Shown here piece after piece: positions 47,822 through 58,700 of a stretch of DNA of 64,000 bases. The number at the start of each line of letters is the position of its first letter. Positions within the stretch are counted from its first letter, which is position 1. The notes beneath the pieces were generated by a model, which worked only from the letters and a program-made list of their open reading frames with translations, searched no databases and was not told the origin of the DNA. The stretch covers positions 1 to 64,000 of the forward strand of contig JAXLQJ010000043.1 of the NCBI GenBank assembly GCA_046331705.1. Reading direction: 5' to 3'. This DNA is from a bacterium. Its GTDB lineage: Bacteria > JADJOY01. Position numbers and translations under genes: made by a program.

Positions 47822-49804
47822 ATGAACCGACTTCTGCATCCCGTCGGCCCTGCGGCACTCTGCGCCGTGCTCGCCCTCGCGGCCGCGTGCGGCGGCGACG
47901 GCAGCCGCAGCGCGCTCGTCCCCCTGGCGCTGCCCGAGGGCTGCAACCCACTCCTCGGCGGCGGCGACTGCTTTCTGCCGTACCCGAGCGATTTCTTCCG
48001 CGTGCCGGATGCGACCGCGACGAGCGGCGCGCGCATCGAGACCCGCGGTGCCGCCAAGCTCGCCGCCGCCGACGGCTCGAGCGCCGACGTCTCCGACTGG
48101 CGCCCGATTCAAGGCTACTCGCGCTCCTCGACCGTCCTGGGAACGCTGCTCGCTCCCACGGCGGATGCGGGCCTGGTGGGCTTCTTCGACTCGCCCGGCG
48201 AGACGCTTGCGGTGCGCAGCTCGGCGACGCTGATCGTCGATGCCGCCAGCGGCGAGTTGGTGCCGCACTTCGCCGATCTCGACCCGCGCGCCAACGACGC
48301 GAGCCGCCAAGCGATCGCGCTCCATCCGGTGGTCCCGCTCGGCGAGTCGCGTCGCTACATCGTCGCGTTCCACGGGCTCGTCAGCCCGACGGGCGCGGAC
48401 GTGCCGGCGCCGGAGGGTTTCCGGCGCATCCGCGACGGCGAGGCCGCGGGAGACACCGCGCTGGCGCCCCTCGTCGCTCGCTACGAGAGCGACGTCTTCC
48501 CCCCGCTCGAGGCGCTCGGCTTGCCGCGCGCCGAGATCCAGCTCGCGTGGGACTTCACCACCGGCTCGGACCTGGACGTGACCGGCGACATGCGGCGGGT
48601 CCGCGAGCTGGCGCTCGCGTGGCTCGCGTCGCACACGCCCGAGATCACCATCGACGACGTCGAAGAGCACGCACCCGGCGACGGCTCCGGGCTGTGGCGC
48701 ACGGTCTCCGGCACCGTGCGCGGTCCGCGCTTCGTCGACTCACCCGATCCCGGCGCGCGCCTCACGCGCGACGGCGACGGCCGCGTGCGCCAAGACGGCA
48801 CCGTCGCGTTCCCGTTCCTCGCGCAGATCCCCGAACGCCTCCGCGATCCCGCCGCGGGCGCGGGCCGCGTGATCGGTCTCGGCCATGGCTTCTTCGGCAC
48901 GCGCAACGAGGTGCGCAGCGCCTCGGCGATTCAGTCGGCGAATGCGCTCGGCGCGGTGGTCACGTCCATCGACTGGTGGGGCATGTCGGTCACCGACGCA
49001 CCCGGCGTGGTGCTCTCGCTGGTGGGCAACCCGGCGCGCGCCACGCTCTTCACGGATCGCGTTCATCAGGCGATCGCCAACTGGCTCACCTTCACCGTGG
49101 CGCTGCGCGGTCCGCTGGTGGGAACGGCGGCGTTCCAGCGACCCGGCACGGAGCAGTCGGTCTACGACCCGAGTCGCGTCGACTTCTGGGGACTCTCCAA
49201 CGGCGCGATCCTCGGCACCGTGCAATCGGCGATGAACCCGTGGAGCGAGCGCGTCTGCCTCAACGTGGGCGGCGCCGGCTGGTCGCAGATGATGTGGCGC
49301 TCGGGAAACTTCGTGCCGTTCCTGCTCGCCGCGTCGCTCTCGATCCCCGATCCGCTGGTGCAGCAGGAGTACGTCGCGTCGATTCAGCGGCACATGGACC
49401 GCATCGATCCCGCCACCTACGCGCCGCTCTTCTTCGATCCCGAGCTGCCGCAGAATCCAGCCGATCGCCACGTGGTGCTGCAGATGGGCCTCGGCGACGC
49501 CGGCGTCCCCAACGTGGGCAGCTTCTACCTGGCGCGGGCGCTCGGCGCCGCCGTCACCATGCCGACCGCGGCGCCCATCTGGGGCGTCGATCCCGTGGTG
49601 GGCTTCGACGCCCGCGCCGGCGTCACCGTCTTCGACATGGGCGTCGACGCATCCTTCGAGGCCAAAGCCTCGCCACCGCTCGCCGGCAACGTCGTCCACG
49701 ACGGCGTGCGATTGCTGGCCGCCGCCGACCGCCAGCTCGACGCCCTCTTCTCCGTGGAAGGCCGCGTCATCCACCCCTGCGACGGCCCCTGCGACCCCGA
49801 GTAG
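47822..49804 (+). CDS. Lipoprotein with C-terminal alpha/beta-hydrolase-like domain
   Basis: Lipobox LAAAC; CFLPYPSDFF; GHGFFG; GLSNG nucleophile elbow; GD..VPN; VHDG. Confidence 0.7.
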   Translation: MNRLLHPVGPAALCAVLALAAACGGDGSRSALVPLALPEGCNPLLGGGDCFLPYPSDFFRVPDATATSGARIETRGAAKLAAADGSSADVSDWRPIQGYSRSSTVLGTLLAPTADAGLVGFFDSPGETLAVRSSATLIVDAASGELVPHFADLDPRANDASRQAIALHPVVPLGESRRYIVAFHGLVSPTGADVPAPEGFRRIRDGEAAGDTALAPLVARYESDVFPPLEALGLPRAEIQLAWDFTTGSDLDVTGDMRRVRELALAWLASHTPEITIDDVEEHAPGDGSGLWRTVSGTVRGPRFVDSPDPGARLTRDGDGRVRQDGTVAFPFLAQIPERLRDPAAGAGRVIGLGHGFFGTRNEVRSASAIQSANALGAVVTSIDWWGMSVTDAPGVVLSLVGNPARATLFTDRVHQAIANWLTFTVALRGPLVGTAAFQRPGTEQSVYDPSRVDFWGLSNGAILGTVQSAMNPWSERVCLNVGGAGWSQMMWRSGNFVPFLLAASLSIPDPLVQQEYVASIQRHMDRIDPATYAPLFFDPELPQNPADRHVVLQMGLGDAGVPNVGSFYLARALGAAVTMPTAAPIWGVDPVVGFDARAGVTVFDMGVDASFEAKASPPLAGNVVHDGVRLLAAADRQLDALFSVEGRVIHPCDGPCDPE

Positions 49805-49928
49805 CAGCGGCGCCCATCGTCCGGCGCGTGATCGGTCCCTCGGCAGCCCCGAAGCCCGCGCGTACGAGAATCGAGCCGGCTCCTCACCGAGCGCTCCGCG
49901 ACCAACGACGACGCCGTGCGCGCGAGCT

Positions 49929-51800
49929 TCACCGTTCGAGGCGCAGGGCGATGTCCCGGGAGAAGTCGGGGATCGCGAGATCGATGGCGCCGCCGCGGGG
50001 ACGCTCGGTGGATCGGCCGATCTCGGCGCCGGTGTACGTGTCGAACCAACGGGCATGCCACACGCCCTCGCCTTCGACCGGCACGCGGACGGTGGCGCCG
50101 GAGAGGGTCGACGAGTCGGGGCGATACCACTGGTGCGCGTCGTTCTTGATCCACACGAGCGCGGTGTGACGGCCGCGCAGCGCAAGGGTGACGAGGGCGG
50201 CGCTCGGTGCGGTGGCGCTGGCGCCGCCGACGGCGAACTCCTCGTCGTCGAAGGCGACGTCTTCGACGAAGCTGGCGAGAGCGCCGAAGTGGACGTAGGC
50301 GTCCGTGGGATCGACGACGTTGTCCCACCACCACGTCATGCCGGTGCCGAAGGCGCCGCTGAGGGCGCCGGCCCACAGCATGTCGTGGACGCCGGTGCTC
50401 TCGGGGTCGGCCGCGAGGGTCTCGGCGGGGCCCCGGAAGTCCACGCCCGCTTCGCCAGCGAGCGTGGCTTTGCCGTAGCGGCCCATGTGCGCGGCGAGCA
50501 GCGGCAGCGCGTGGCTGAAGTCGAGCGGTAGCCCGGCGACCGAGTAGAGGTGCACTTGGGTGAACGCGATCTCGGGCAGCTGCCAGAGATCGCGCAGCAA
50601 CGCGGTGCCGAGAAAGAGATCGAGAAGCGCGGGCGTGCCGCTGGTGCTGGTGGTGATGGGCCGCCGCGCCGGATCGAGATCCTGGATCGCGCGCGCCATG
50701 GATTGGTGCCACTCCACCAGCGCCGCCGTGCCCGGTGAGTCAGCGAGGTCCACCTCGTTCCAGAGCTCCCACGCCAGCAGGTTGGTGGCGTAGCCGTAGC
50801 GCGCCACCAGGTAGCGCAGCCGGCGCTCGAAAAGCGAGCGCGCCGAGGGGTCGGTGAAGAATCGCGCAGGAGCGGCGAGCGGCCCGCCGTTGGCGGCGTT
50901 GTACGGGTTCCCGTCCCACTCGCTGTTGGCGGTGAGCGAGAAGGCGCCATGGTTCTGGATCGAGAGCAGGACCGCGATGCCGAGGGAGCGCGCCTTCTCG
51001 ATCACGTCGTCGAGCTGCCAGGCGCGATCGAGTCGTGCCGTGTAGTCGCCGAGCGAGGTCGCCTCGAGGCCGCCGTCGGGCGCGCGCTCGGTCCATTCGA
51101 GGGCGAACGCCCAGCTCGGCATCCAGAGCCGCGCATAGGTGGCGCGTTGCGCGGCGAGCTTCTCGAGCCAGTCGTCGTAGGCGAACGTGCCGCGGCCGTC
51201 GTACCAGCACAGGTTCTCGCCGATCGCGAAGTAGGGCGTGCCGTCCTCGTGACGGAGGTAGCGCGCGTCGCGCTCGCTCACGTGCAGGAAGCCGTGCTCG
51301 TTCGCCGCGGGGGCGCCCACCTCGACGGCGCTCCAGGGGCTCGTTCGCTCGTCGGTGTCGCCGCTCGCCGTCACCTGGCGCGCGACGAAGCGCCATTCGA
51401 AGTGGCCGGCTTCGCTCGGCGCGAAGCGAACGACCCAGTGCGGATCGCTCGCGGCTTCGAGCGATTCGCGCCCGTCGACGAGCTCGCGGGTGAAGTCGCG
51501 GGTGACGAACGCGGGAACGCGCACGAGCGCTCCCAGAGGTGTGCGGAGCTCACCCCACACGTCCGCTTGCGCGGGATCGAACGGATTGGGGGCGAGCACG
51601 GGCAGGTCGAGGGTGCGCTCGAGCTTCCCCCAGGCGGTGAGCTCGGCGGTCGGCGCGCCGTCGTTCGACGAGGACGACGAGCCGCAGCCGGCGAGGACCA
51701 GGACGAGGAACGCCGAGAGCCGGCACGCGTTCACGGGGCGCGTCGCGGCCACGAGGATTCGTGGCCCTGGAGACGGTCGTGGCGGGCTTCGTCCGCTCAC
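49929..51800 (-). CDS. Lipoprotein: DUF5060-like domain plus clan GH-A (GH5-like) glycoside hydrolase
   Basis: Lipobox LAGC; NPFDP...WVVRFAP..G; WELWNE (acid/base); AGEAG (nucleophile); start GTG 51800 or 51734. Confidence 0.75.
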   Translation of the reverse strand: MSGRSPPRPSPGPRILVAATRPVNACRLSAFLVLVLAGCGSSSSSNDGAPTAELTAWGKLERTLDLPVLAPNPFDPAQADVWGELRTPLGALVRVPAFVTRDFTRELVDGRESLEAASDPHWVVRFAPSEAGHFEWRFVARQVTASGDTDERTSPWSAVEVGAPAANEHGFLHVSERDARYLRHEDGTPYFAIGENLCWYDGRGTFAYDDWLEKLAAQRATYARLWMPSWAFALEWTERAPDGGLEATSLGDYTARLDRAWQLDDVIEKARSLGIAVLLSIQNHGAFSLTANSEWDGNPYNAANGGPLAAPARFFTDPSARSLFERRLRYLVARYGYATNLLAWELWNEVDLADSPGTAALVEWHQSMARAIQDLDPARRPITTSTSGTPALLDLFLGTALLRDLWQLPEIAFTQVHLYSVAGLPLDFSHALPLLAAHMGRYGKATLAGEAGVDFRGPAETLAADPESTGVHDMLWAGALSGAFGTGMTWWWDNVVDPTDAYVHFGALASFVEDVAFDDEEFAVGGASATAPSAALVTLALRGRHTALVWIKNDAHQWYRPDSSTLSGATVRVPVEGEGVWHARWFDTYTGAEIGRSTERPRGGAIDLAIPDFSRDIALRLER

Positions 51801-52624
51801 TTCGGGATCTTGATCTTCCGGAGGTCCGGCGGCCCAGGCGGATAGCGCAAGTCGAGGTCCTCGAGCGTGTGCCGCAACAGCCGCGCGACCACGTGATTGC
51901 GGTACCACTTGCGATTGGCGGGGATCACGTACCAGGGGGCCCACGGCGTCGAGCAGCGCCGAAGCGCCACCGCGTAGGCCTCCATGTAGTGGTCCCAGAG
52001 ATTGCGCTCGCCGATGTCGCCCGCCTGGAACTTCCAGTGCTTGGTGGGATCGGCGAGCCGCTCTTCGAGGCGCTTGCGCTGCTCGTCGCGGCTGATGTGG
52101 AGGAAGAGCTTCAGGATCCGCGTGCCGCTCTCCGTCAGCATCCGCTCGAAGTCGTTGATCTGCCGGTAGCGCTCCTCGATCACCTCCGGCGAGGCCCAGC
52201 CGTGGACGCGCACCACCAGCACGTCCTCGTAGTGCGAGCGGTTGAGGACGCCGATTCGGCCCTTGGGCGGGCAGCGCTGATGCACGCGCCACAGGAAGTC
52301 GTGCGCCAGCTCCTCGGGCGTGGGCTTTTTGAACGAGTGGACCTCGAGCCCCAGCGAGTCGAGCGGACCGAAGACCTTGCGAATGGTGCCGTCCTTGCCG
52401 CCGGTGTCCATCGCCTGCAGCACCACCAGCACGCCGTGCGAGGCGGCGGCCACCAGCTTCTCTTGAAGCTCGTCGAGCGCGGCGAGGTCCTCGTCGAGAA
52501 GCTTCTCGCCCCGCTCCTTGTCGAGGCCGCCGTCATCGTCGGGATCGAAGCGGCCGAGATCGACCTTCCTTCCGTGCGTGGGGATGCGACAGCGCTTGCG
52601 GATGCGGGCTGCGTCGTTGGCCAT
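51797..52624 (-). CDS. ppk2: Polyphosphate kinase 2 family protein
   Basis: LQAMDTGGKDG, FKKPTPEELAHDFLWR, NRSHYEDVL, APWYVIPANRKWYRN. Confidence 0.92.
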   Translation of the reverse strand: MANDAARIRKRCRIPTHGRKVDLGRFDPDDDGGLDKERGEKLLDEDLAALDELQEKLVAAASHGVLVVLQAMDTGGKDGTIRKVFGPLDSLGLEVHSFKKPTPEELAHDFLWRVHQRCPPKGRIGVLNRSHYEDVLVVRVHGWASPEVIEERYRQINDFERMLTESGTRILKLFLHISRDEQRKRLEERLADPTKHWKFQAGDIGERNLWDHYMEAYAVALRRCSTPWAPWYVIPANRKWYRNHVVARLLRHTLEDLDLRYPPGPPDLRKIKIPK

Positions 52625-52752
52625 GCGGCGAGTATCCCCGATGCCGGTCCCGCCGATCCACCGCAACGATCGCGCTTCTCACGAAGGCGGGCGAACGGCG
52701 CGCGCGGGAGGTTGGGGGGAAGAAGCCCGCGCGCGCCGCGCCCGAAAGAGGG

Positions 52753-54051
52753 CTATTCGTCGCAAGGCTCGGGGGCGCGGTGCCAGATCTCGGCGCCGGT
52801 GGGAGACGTCGCGCAGCCGTAGCATTGCGCCGTGCCGACGTAGAGATCGTCGAAGAAAGTCTCGAGCCCGCGGATGCCGAGATTGCGTGCGTCGCCGAAG
52901 CCGGCGGGGGCGAGCTTGCCGCGCGGCCCCACCTCCTCGACCCAGGTGATCCCGTCCTTGGTGCGATAGAGGACCGCTCCCTGCTTGGCCGCGGTGGCGT
53001 CGGAGTCGGCGGCCACGTACGTGCCCAGGTAGAGCTGATCGCCGTGCTCGTGGAGGCGCCAGCCGTAGCCGCGCGCCGGATCGTCGTGGCCGTTCTGGAC
53101 GACGCTCTGCCAGCTCGCGCCGAGATCGCGGCTGCGCCAGACCGCGAAGCCGTTCCGCGGGTTGCCGGTGCTCGCGTAGAGCGCGCCGCGGAACGCGATC
53201 ATGCTCAGGATCTCGATGTTGCCGGAGTCGCCGAACCCGGCGCGCGTGGCGGCGGCGCCGCCCACCACCGGTGCGAGCGTGCTGCCGTCGAAGCGATAGA
53301 TCCGTGCGCCGCGCCCGTTCCACGCGGCGATGAAGAGCTGATCGCCGAGCGGCGCGATCTCGCCGAAGGTGTGGTTGCCGACGTCGTCGAGACCGTTGGC
53401 GGCCATGCGGCTCCACGAGGCGCCGTCGTACGTCCAGAGCTCGGCGCCGCGCGCGTTCGAGGTGCCGATCCAGAGCTTCTTGCGCCAGACCACGAAACCG
53501 CGCACCGAGAGATTCGCCGGGTTGCCGAGGCCCGGCTCGCCCAGACGCTTCCAGGCGACGCCGTCGCTGGTGCGCCAGAGCTCGGCGCCGGTGGCGGGAT
53601 TGTGGGTCGCGGCGAGCAGCGCTCCTCCGTACACCACGAAGTTTCGGATGCCGAGGTTGAAGCGGTTGCCGAAACCGTCGCCGACGACACGCTGCCAGGC
53701 GTCGCCGTCGTAACGCCACACTTGCGCGCCGGTGGTCGCGCTCTCGTTCGACGCGCGCGGCGCGCCCACGTCCGGATCGTCGCCAGGCGCGCCCGTTCCG
53801 CGATCGAGTGTGCCCACGTAGAGGTGATCGCCGAACGCCTTCATCGACCACGCCCAGCGATTGGCGGCGTCGCCGAAGCCGTCGGCGTTGACCTGCGTCC
53901 AGCAGCCCGCGGGCACGGCGGCCTTGCGCGCGGGCGCGTCGTCGCCGGTCAACGCGGAAGCGTCTCGCGGCGCCGTCTGCGGCGCACCGCACCCGAGAAT
54001 CAGCGACATCAGCGACGTCGACGCCAGGCACCTCGCCCCAACGCGCAGCAT
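52753..54051 (-). CDS. Beta-propeller lipoprotein
   Basis: Lipobox ILGC; seven repeats of GFG[DN]..N...F.G.LY.GT....GA..WR. Confidence 0.75.
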   Translation of the reverse strand: MLRVGARCLASTSLMSLILGCGAPQTAPRDASALTGDDAPARKAAVPAGCWTQVNADGFGDAANRWAWSMKAFGDHLYVGTLDRGTGAPGDDPDVGAPRASNESATTGAQVWRYDGDAWQRVVGDGFGNRFNLGIRNFVVYGGALLAATHNPATGAELWRTSDGVAWKRLGEPGLGNPANLSVRGFVVWRKKLWIGTSNARGAELWTYDGASWSRMAANGLDDVGNHTFGEIAPLGDQLFIAAWNGRGARIYRFDGSTLAPVVGGAAATRAGFGDSGNIEILSMIAFRGALYASTGNPRNGFAVWRSRDLGASWQSVVQNGHDDPARGYGWRLHEHGDQLYLGTYVAADSDATAAKQGAVLYRTKDGITWVEEVGPRGKLAPAGFGDARNLGIRGLETFFDDLYVGTAQCYGCATSPTGAEIWHRAPEPCDE

Positions 54052-54552
54052 GAGCGCTCCCCCTCCGCAGAGCGGAATCCGAGTCGGGCTCGCTCCGCGT
54101 GAATCGCGTCGCGTGCGTCGCCGACGTCCGCGCTGCCACTCGTCTTGCCCACCCGACGGCGAGAGCAAGAGACGCGCCGTCGCAACGGGCGTCATCGTGT
54201 TGACCGCGTCGGCGGAGCGAGCTCGCGACGCGCACCGCAGCCGCGCGCGAGGCGCCGGCGCAAGGCTCGATCGCAACACGCGAATCCGCCGTCGCGGTGC
54301 GGGAAGCCGAAGCGATCCACGATACGCGAGCGACGTCCGCATCGAGCCGTGGGTGCGTCGAGAAACTGGCGCCTGTGATTCGCCGCATCCCACGGTTCTC
54401 GGCGGGGACGCCACTCGCGTTAGCAGGCTGCCGAAGCGCTCGCCGGCGCGCCACCGGCGTGTGGCGCCTTCACCGCCCGTTCAGCGGTGGAGTCGCGAGC
54501 GAACGCTTCGCCGTTTGTGGTTCGTGCGGCCTTCGAGTATTCCCCGCATCCG

Positions 54553-55746
54553 ATGCGCTTCATCCACACCGCCGATTGGCATCTGGGGCGCCTCTTCCAC
54601 GGCGTCCATCTCACCGACGATCAGCGCCACGTGCTGGCGCAGCTCGTGACGCTGGCTCGCGAAGCGCGCGCCGATGCGCTGATCGTCGCGGGCGACGTCT
54701 ACGATCGCGCGGTCCCGCCGCCCGAGGCGGTGAGCCTTCTCGACGAGGTGCTCACGCGACTCGTGCTCGACGAGCGCATCCCGGTCATCGTGATCGCCGG
54801 TAACCACGACGGGCCCGATCGCCTCGCGTTCGGCTCGCGGATCCTCGCCGAGCGCGGGCTGCACGTTCTCGGCGTGCCCGACGCCGCGCCGCAGCCGATT
54901 CGTCTTGCCGATGCGTGGGGCACGGTCGAGGTCTTCGCCGCGCCGTTCGCCGATCCCGCGACCTTCCGAGCCCAGCTCGGCCGCGACGACCTCCACGACC
55001 ACGATGCCGCGCTGGGCGCGTGGGTGGAGCGCGCGCGCGTCGCCGCCGATCCCGCGGCGCGCCCGGTGCTCGTGGGTCACGCGTTCGTGCGCGGTGGCGC
55101 CGAGAGCGAGTCCGAGCGGCCGCTCAGCGTCGGCGGCGCCGGCGCCGTCGACGTGGCACGTCTCGACGGATTCGCGTACGTGGCGCTCGGTCATCTGCAC
55201 CGGCCGCAAGCGCTGCGCGCCGACGGCGCGATCGCGTACGCGGGGTCGTTGCTCAAGTACTCGTTCTCGGAGGTGGATCACCCCAAGTCCGTGAGCGTCG
55301 TCGAGATCGACGCGCGCGGTCGCGCGTCCATCGAGCGAGTCGCGCTCACACCGCGTCGCGACGTGCGCATCCTCGAGGGCCATCTGGACGAGCTCACCCG
55401 CGGTCGAACCGCGGCGGGGCCGGTCGCGGGCTCGCGCGACGACTATTTCCGCGTGCGCCTGCTCGACTCCGGGCCGCTGCTCGATCCGATCGGCAAGCTG
55501 CGCCAGGTCTTCCCGAACGTCCTCGAGCTCGAGCGCCCCCTGGATCGCACGACGACGCCGGCGGCGGGGAGCGTGGCTCCCGCCGATCGTCGTCAGCTCG
55601 GCGACGTGGAGCTCTTCGAGGCGTTCGTGCGCGAGATCACGGGCGACGCGCTCTCGGATGCGCAGCGCGAGCTGTTGCGCGACGTGCTGGTCGAGGTCGA
55701 GCGCGCCGAGAGCGAAGGCGACGCGGAGGCCGTCGGTGCGTCCTGA
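54553..55746 (+). CDS. sbcD: Exonuclease SbcCD subunit D
   Basis: HTADWHLG, AGDVYD, AGNHD, ALGHLH, YAGSLLKYSFSE. Confidence 0.95.
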   Translation: MRFIHTADWHLGRLFHGVHLTDDQRHVLAQLVTLAREARADALIVAGDVYDRAVPPPEAVSLLDEVLTRLVLDERIPVIVIAGNHDGPDRLAFGSRILAERGLHVLGVPDAAPQPIRLADAWGTVEVFAAPFADPATFRAQLGRDDLHDHDAALGAWVERARVAADPAARPVLVGHAFVRGGAESESERPLSVGGAGAVDVARLDGFAYVALGHLHRPQALRADGAIAYAGSLLKYSFSEVDHPKSVSVVEIDARGRASIERVALTPRRDVRILEGHLDELTRGRTAAGPVAGSRDDYFRVRLLDSGPLLDPIGKLRQVFPNVLELERPLDRTTTPAAGSVAPADRRQLGDVELFEAFVREITGDALSDAQRELLRDVLVEVERAESEGDAEAVGAS

Positions 55747-58700
55747 GCGGCTTCTCGTGCGCGGTTTCGGCCCCTACGCCGAGCCGTGCACGATCGATTT
55801 CCGCGGGCTCGGATCGAGCGCGCTCTTCCTGATCCACGGTCCCACGGGCGCCGGCAAGACCTCGCTCCTCGACGCGATGTGCTTCGCCCTCTACGGCGAG
55901 GCTTCCGGTGGTGAGCGGCGCGGCGACGAGCTACGCAGCCACCTGGTCGGCTCCGGTGTCGAGACCGAGGTGACGCTGGATTTCCGCCTCGGCGCGGCGC
56001 GCTACCGGGTGACCCGCCGGCCGAGGTACCGCCGCCCCAAGAAGCGTGGCGAAGGGGACGTCGAGGTCGACGGTCGCGCGACGCTCTGGGATCGCAGCGA
56101 AGCCACGGACGATGCCCACGAGGGCAAGCCGCTCGCGGCCAAGTCGAGCGAGGTCGATCGCGAGATCGCGCGCCGCCTCGGCTTCACGGCGGACGAGTTC
56201 CGGCAGGTGATCGTGCTTCCGCAAGGCGAGTTCCGGCGGCTCTTGACCTCCACCTCGGACGCGCGCGAGGCGATTCTCGAGGTGCTGTTTCGCACCGCGC
56301 ACTACCGCGCGATCGAGGCGGCGCTGGCACGAGCGGCGCTGGCGGCGCGGCGCGAGCTGGAGGCGCTCGAAGCCCGCCGTCAGGCCGTGCTCGAGCAGAG
56401 CGACGCCGTCAGCGAGGACGAGCTGAGCACGCGCCGCGCATCGCGGGTCGCGGAGGTCCACGCGAACCGCGCCGAGCTGGCGCGTCTGGTCGAAGAGGAG
56501 CGTCGTGCGCGCAGCGATCTCGAGGCCGCGCGCGTCGCGGCCCGCCAGCTCGCCGAGCGCGCGGATGCGGCGGCGGTGCTCGCGGCGCTCGCCAGCGGCG
56601 CGGCGGAGATCGACGTGCTGCGCGGCGAGATCGAGGCCGCGCGGCGAGCGGCACCGCTGGTGGAGCTGGTCGCGGCGTGGCGGAGGGTCGAGGACGAGCG
56701 CCGTGCGCTCGAGGACGCGCACCGCGACGCCGCCGCGAACGAGGAGCGCGCGCAGTCCGCGCACGCCCGCGCTCGAGAAGCGCTCGCGCGCGAGCAAGGG
56801 CGCGGTCCGGAGCGCGAGGCCGCGCGCCGAGCGGTGGATCGCCTGCTCGCTGTCGGAGAGCAGCTCACGCGCTGGCGCGCCGCACAGGCCGAAGCGGCTG
56901 ACGCAGCCGCGCGGGTCGCGAAGCTCGAGACCGTCGCCAACGACACCCGCGCGGAACGCGAGCGCGCCGAGCGGACGCTGGCGGAGCAAGCCGAGACACG
57001 CGCTCGCGCTGCGCTCGCCGCGGAACGTCTCGCCGGGCTCGAAGCGACGGCGCGCGAGGCACGGATGCTGCTCGCGCGCCGCGTGGATCTCGCCCGCACC
57101 GAGCGGGCGCTGGGCGCGGAACGGCGGCGCTACGAGCGCACCGGTGCTGCGCTCGCGGAGGCGGAGTCGCGTCGCGAGGCGGCGCGCGCGGTGGCGGCGC
57201 GTCTGGAGACGCTGTGGCGCGCCGGACAGGCGCAGCGGCTCGCGGCGACGCTCGTCGCGGGCGAGCCTTGCCCCGTGTGCGGAGCGGTCGAGCACCCGCG
57301 GCCGGCCGCGGCGTCGGCGGAGGATGTCGACGATTCCGCGCTGGATGCGGCACGTGCGGAGCTCGCGGCGTGCGAAGAACGGTCGAGCGAGGCCGAGCGT
57401 GCGCACGCGGCGGCAGGTCGGGAGCTCGCGTCGCTCGAAGGTGCCCACGCGGAGAAGCGCGCCGGGCTCGCCGCGGCTGCGGACGAGTCGCCCGAGGCAT
57501 TGGAGGCTCGCGCGATCGCCGCGGAGGGCGAGCACGACCTCGCGGCGGCGGAGGTCGCCCGGATCGATGGGATCGACGCGGCGCTCGCCACCGCCCGCCA
57601 GCGACACGAGGCTGCCGGGGCTCGGCTCGCGAGCATCGACGAGGAACTCTCGACGGCACGCCGAACCCAGGCCGTCGCCAGCGGCGTGGTGGCGGAGCGC
57701 GCGGAGGCGATCCCGGGCGAGCTTCGCGCGCCCGGTGCGCTGGAGGCGAACGTGCGCGCCGCGCGGGAGACGCTCGATGCGCTCGAGGCCGCGTTCGCCG
57801 CCGCCGAGGTCGAGGCTCGTGCCTGTCGCGAAGCCCACGAGGCGGCTCTGCGCGCGCGCGGCGCGACGGCCTCGGCGCTGGCCGTGAAGGGCGCCGAAAG
57901 CGAGCGATTGGGGCCCGAGCTCGCGGTCAAGCGCGCGCGCGCCGGCTTCGCCGACGAGACCGCCCTCGCCGCTGCCGTGCGCACGCCCGCGCAGCTCGCC
58001 GTGCTCGACACGCGGATCCGGGAGTTCGATGCCTCGCTCGCGGCGGCGCGCGATCGGCTCGCCCGCGCGGAGGAGGAGGTGCGCGGCAGCGAGGCGCCGG
58101 ACGTCACGAGCGTCGAGGCCCGCCACGAGAGCGCGCGCCAGCGCGCGGAAGCCGCGAGCAACGCGATCGTGGCCCTCGAGGGCGAGGTCGCGCGGATCGA
58201 CAAGGCGCTCGCGAGCTTGGGCGAGATCGGCGACGAGCTGCGCGCGCGCGACCAGCGCTTTCGCGCGCTCGGTCAGCTCGCGGAGCTCGCCGACGGCAAG
58301 CGCAACTCGTTGCGCATGAGCTTCCAGCGCTTCGTGCTCGCGGCGCTCCTCGACGAGGCGCTCACGGCGGCGACGGTGCGGCTACGGGCGATGAGCCGCG
58401 GACGCTTCTTGCTGCAGCGCGCGGCGATCGCCACCGATCAACGGCGAGCGGGCGGCCTCGATCTCGAGGTCTTCGACCTGCACACCGGGCAGGGTCGCTC
58501 GGCACGCACGCTCTCGGGCGGAGAGAGCTTCCTCGCGTCGCTGGCGCTCGCCCTGGGACTCGCGGACGTGGTCCAGGCGCACGCCGGCGGCATGCGCCTC
58601 GACACGCTCTTCATCGACGAGGGCTTCGGCAGCCTCGACTCCGAGTCGCTCGACCTCGCCATGCGCGCGCTCGAGGACCTGGAGCGCGGCGGTCGGTTGG

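Noticed and set aside
44637-52292. Long N-terminal extensions in the ORF track for the CDF (from 44637), the lipoprotein (from 46952) and the glycoside hydrolase (from 52292)
   Set aside because: They overlap upstream genes in another frame; family homology or signal peptides begin at the later starts.
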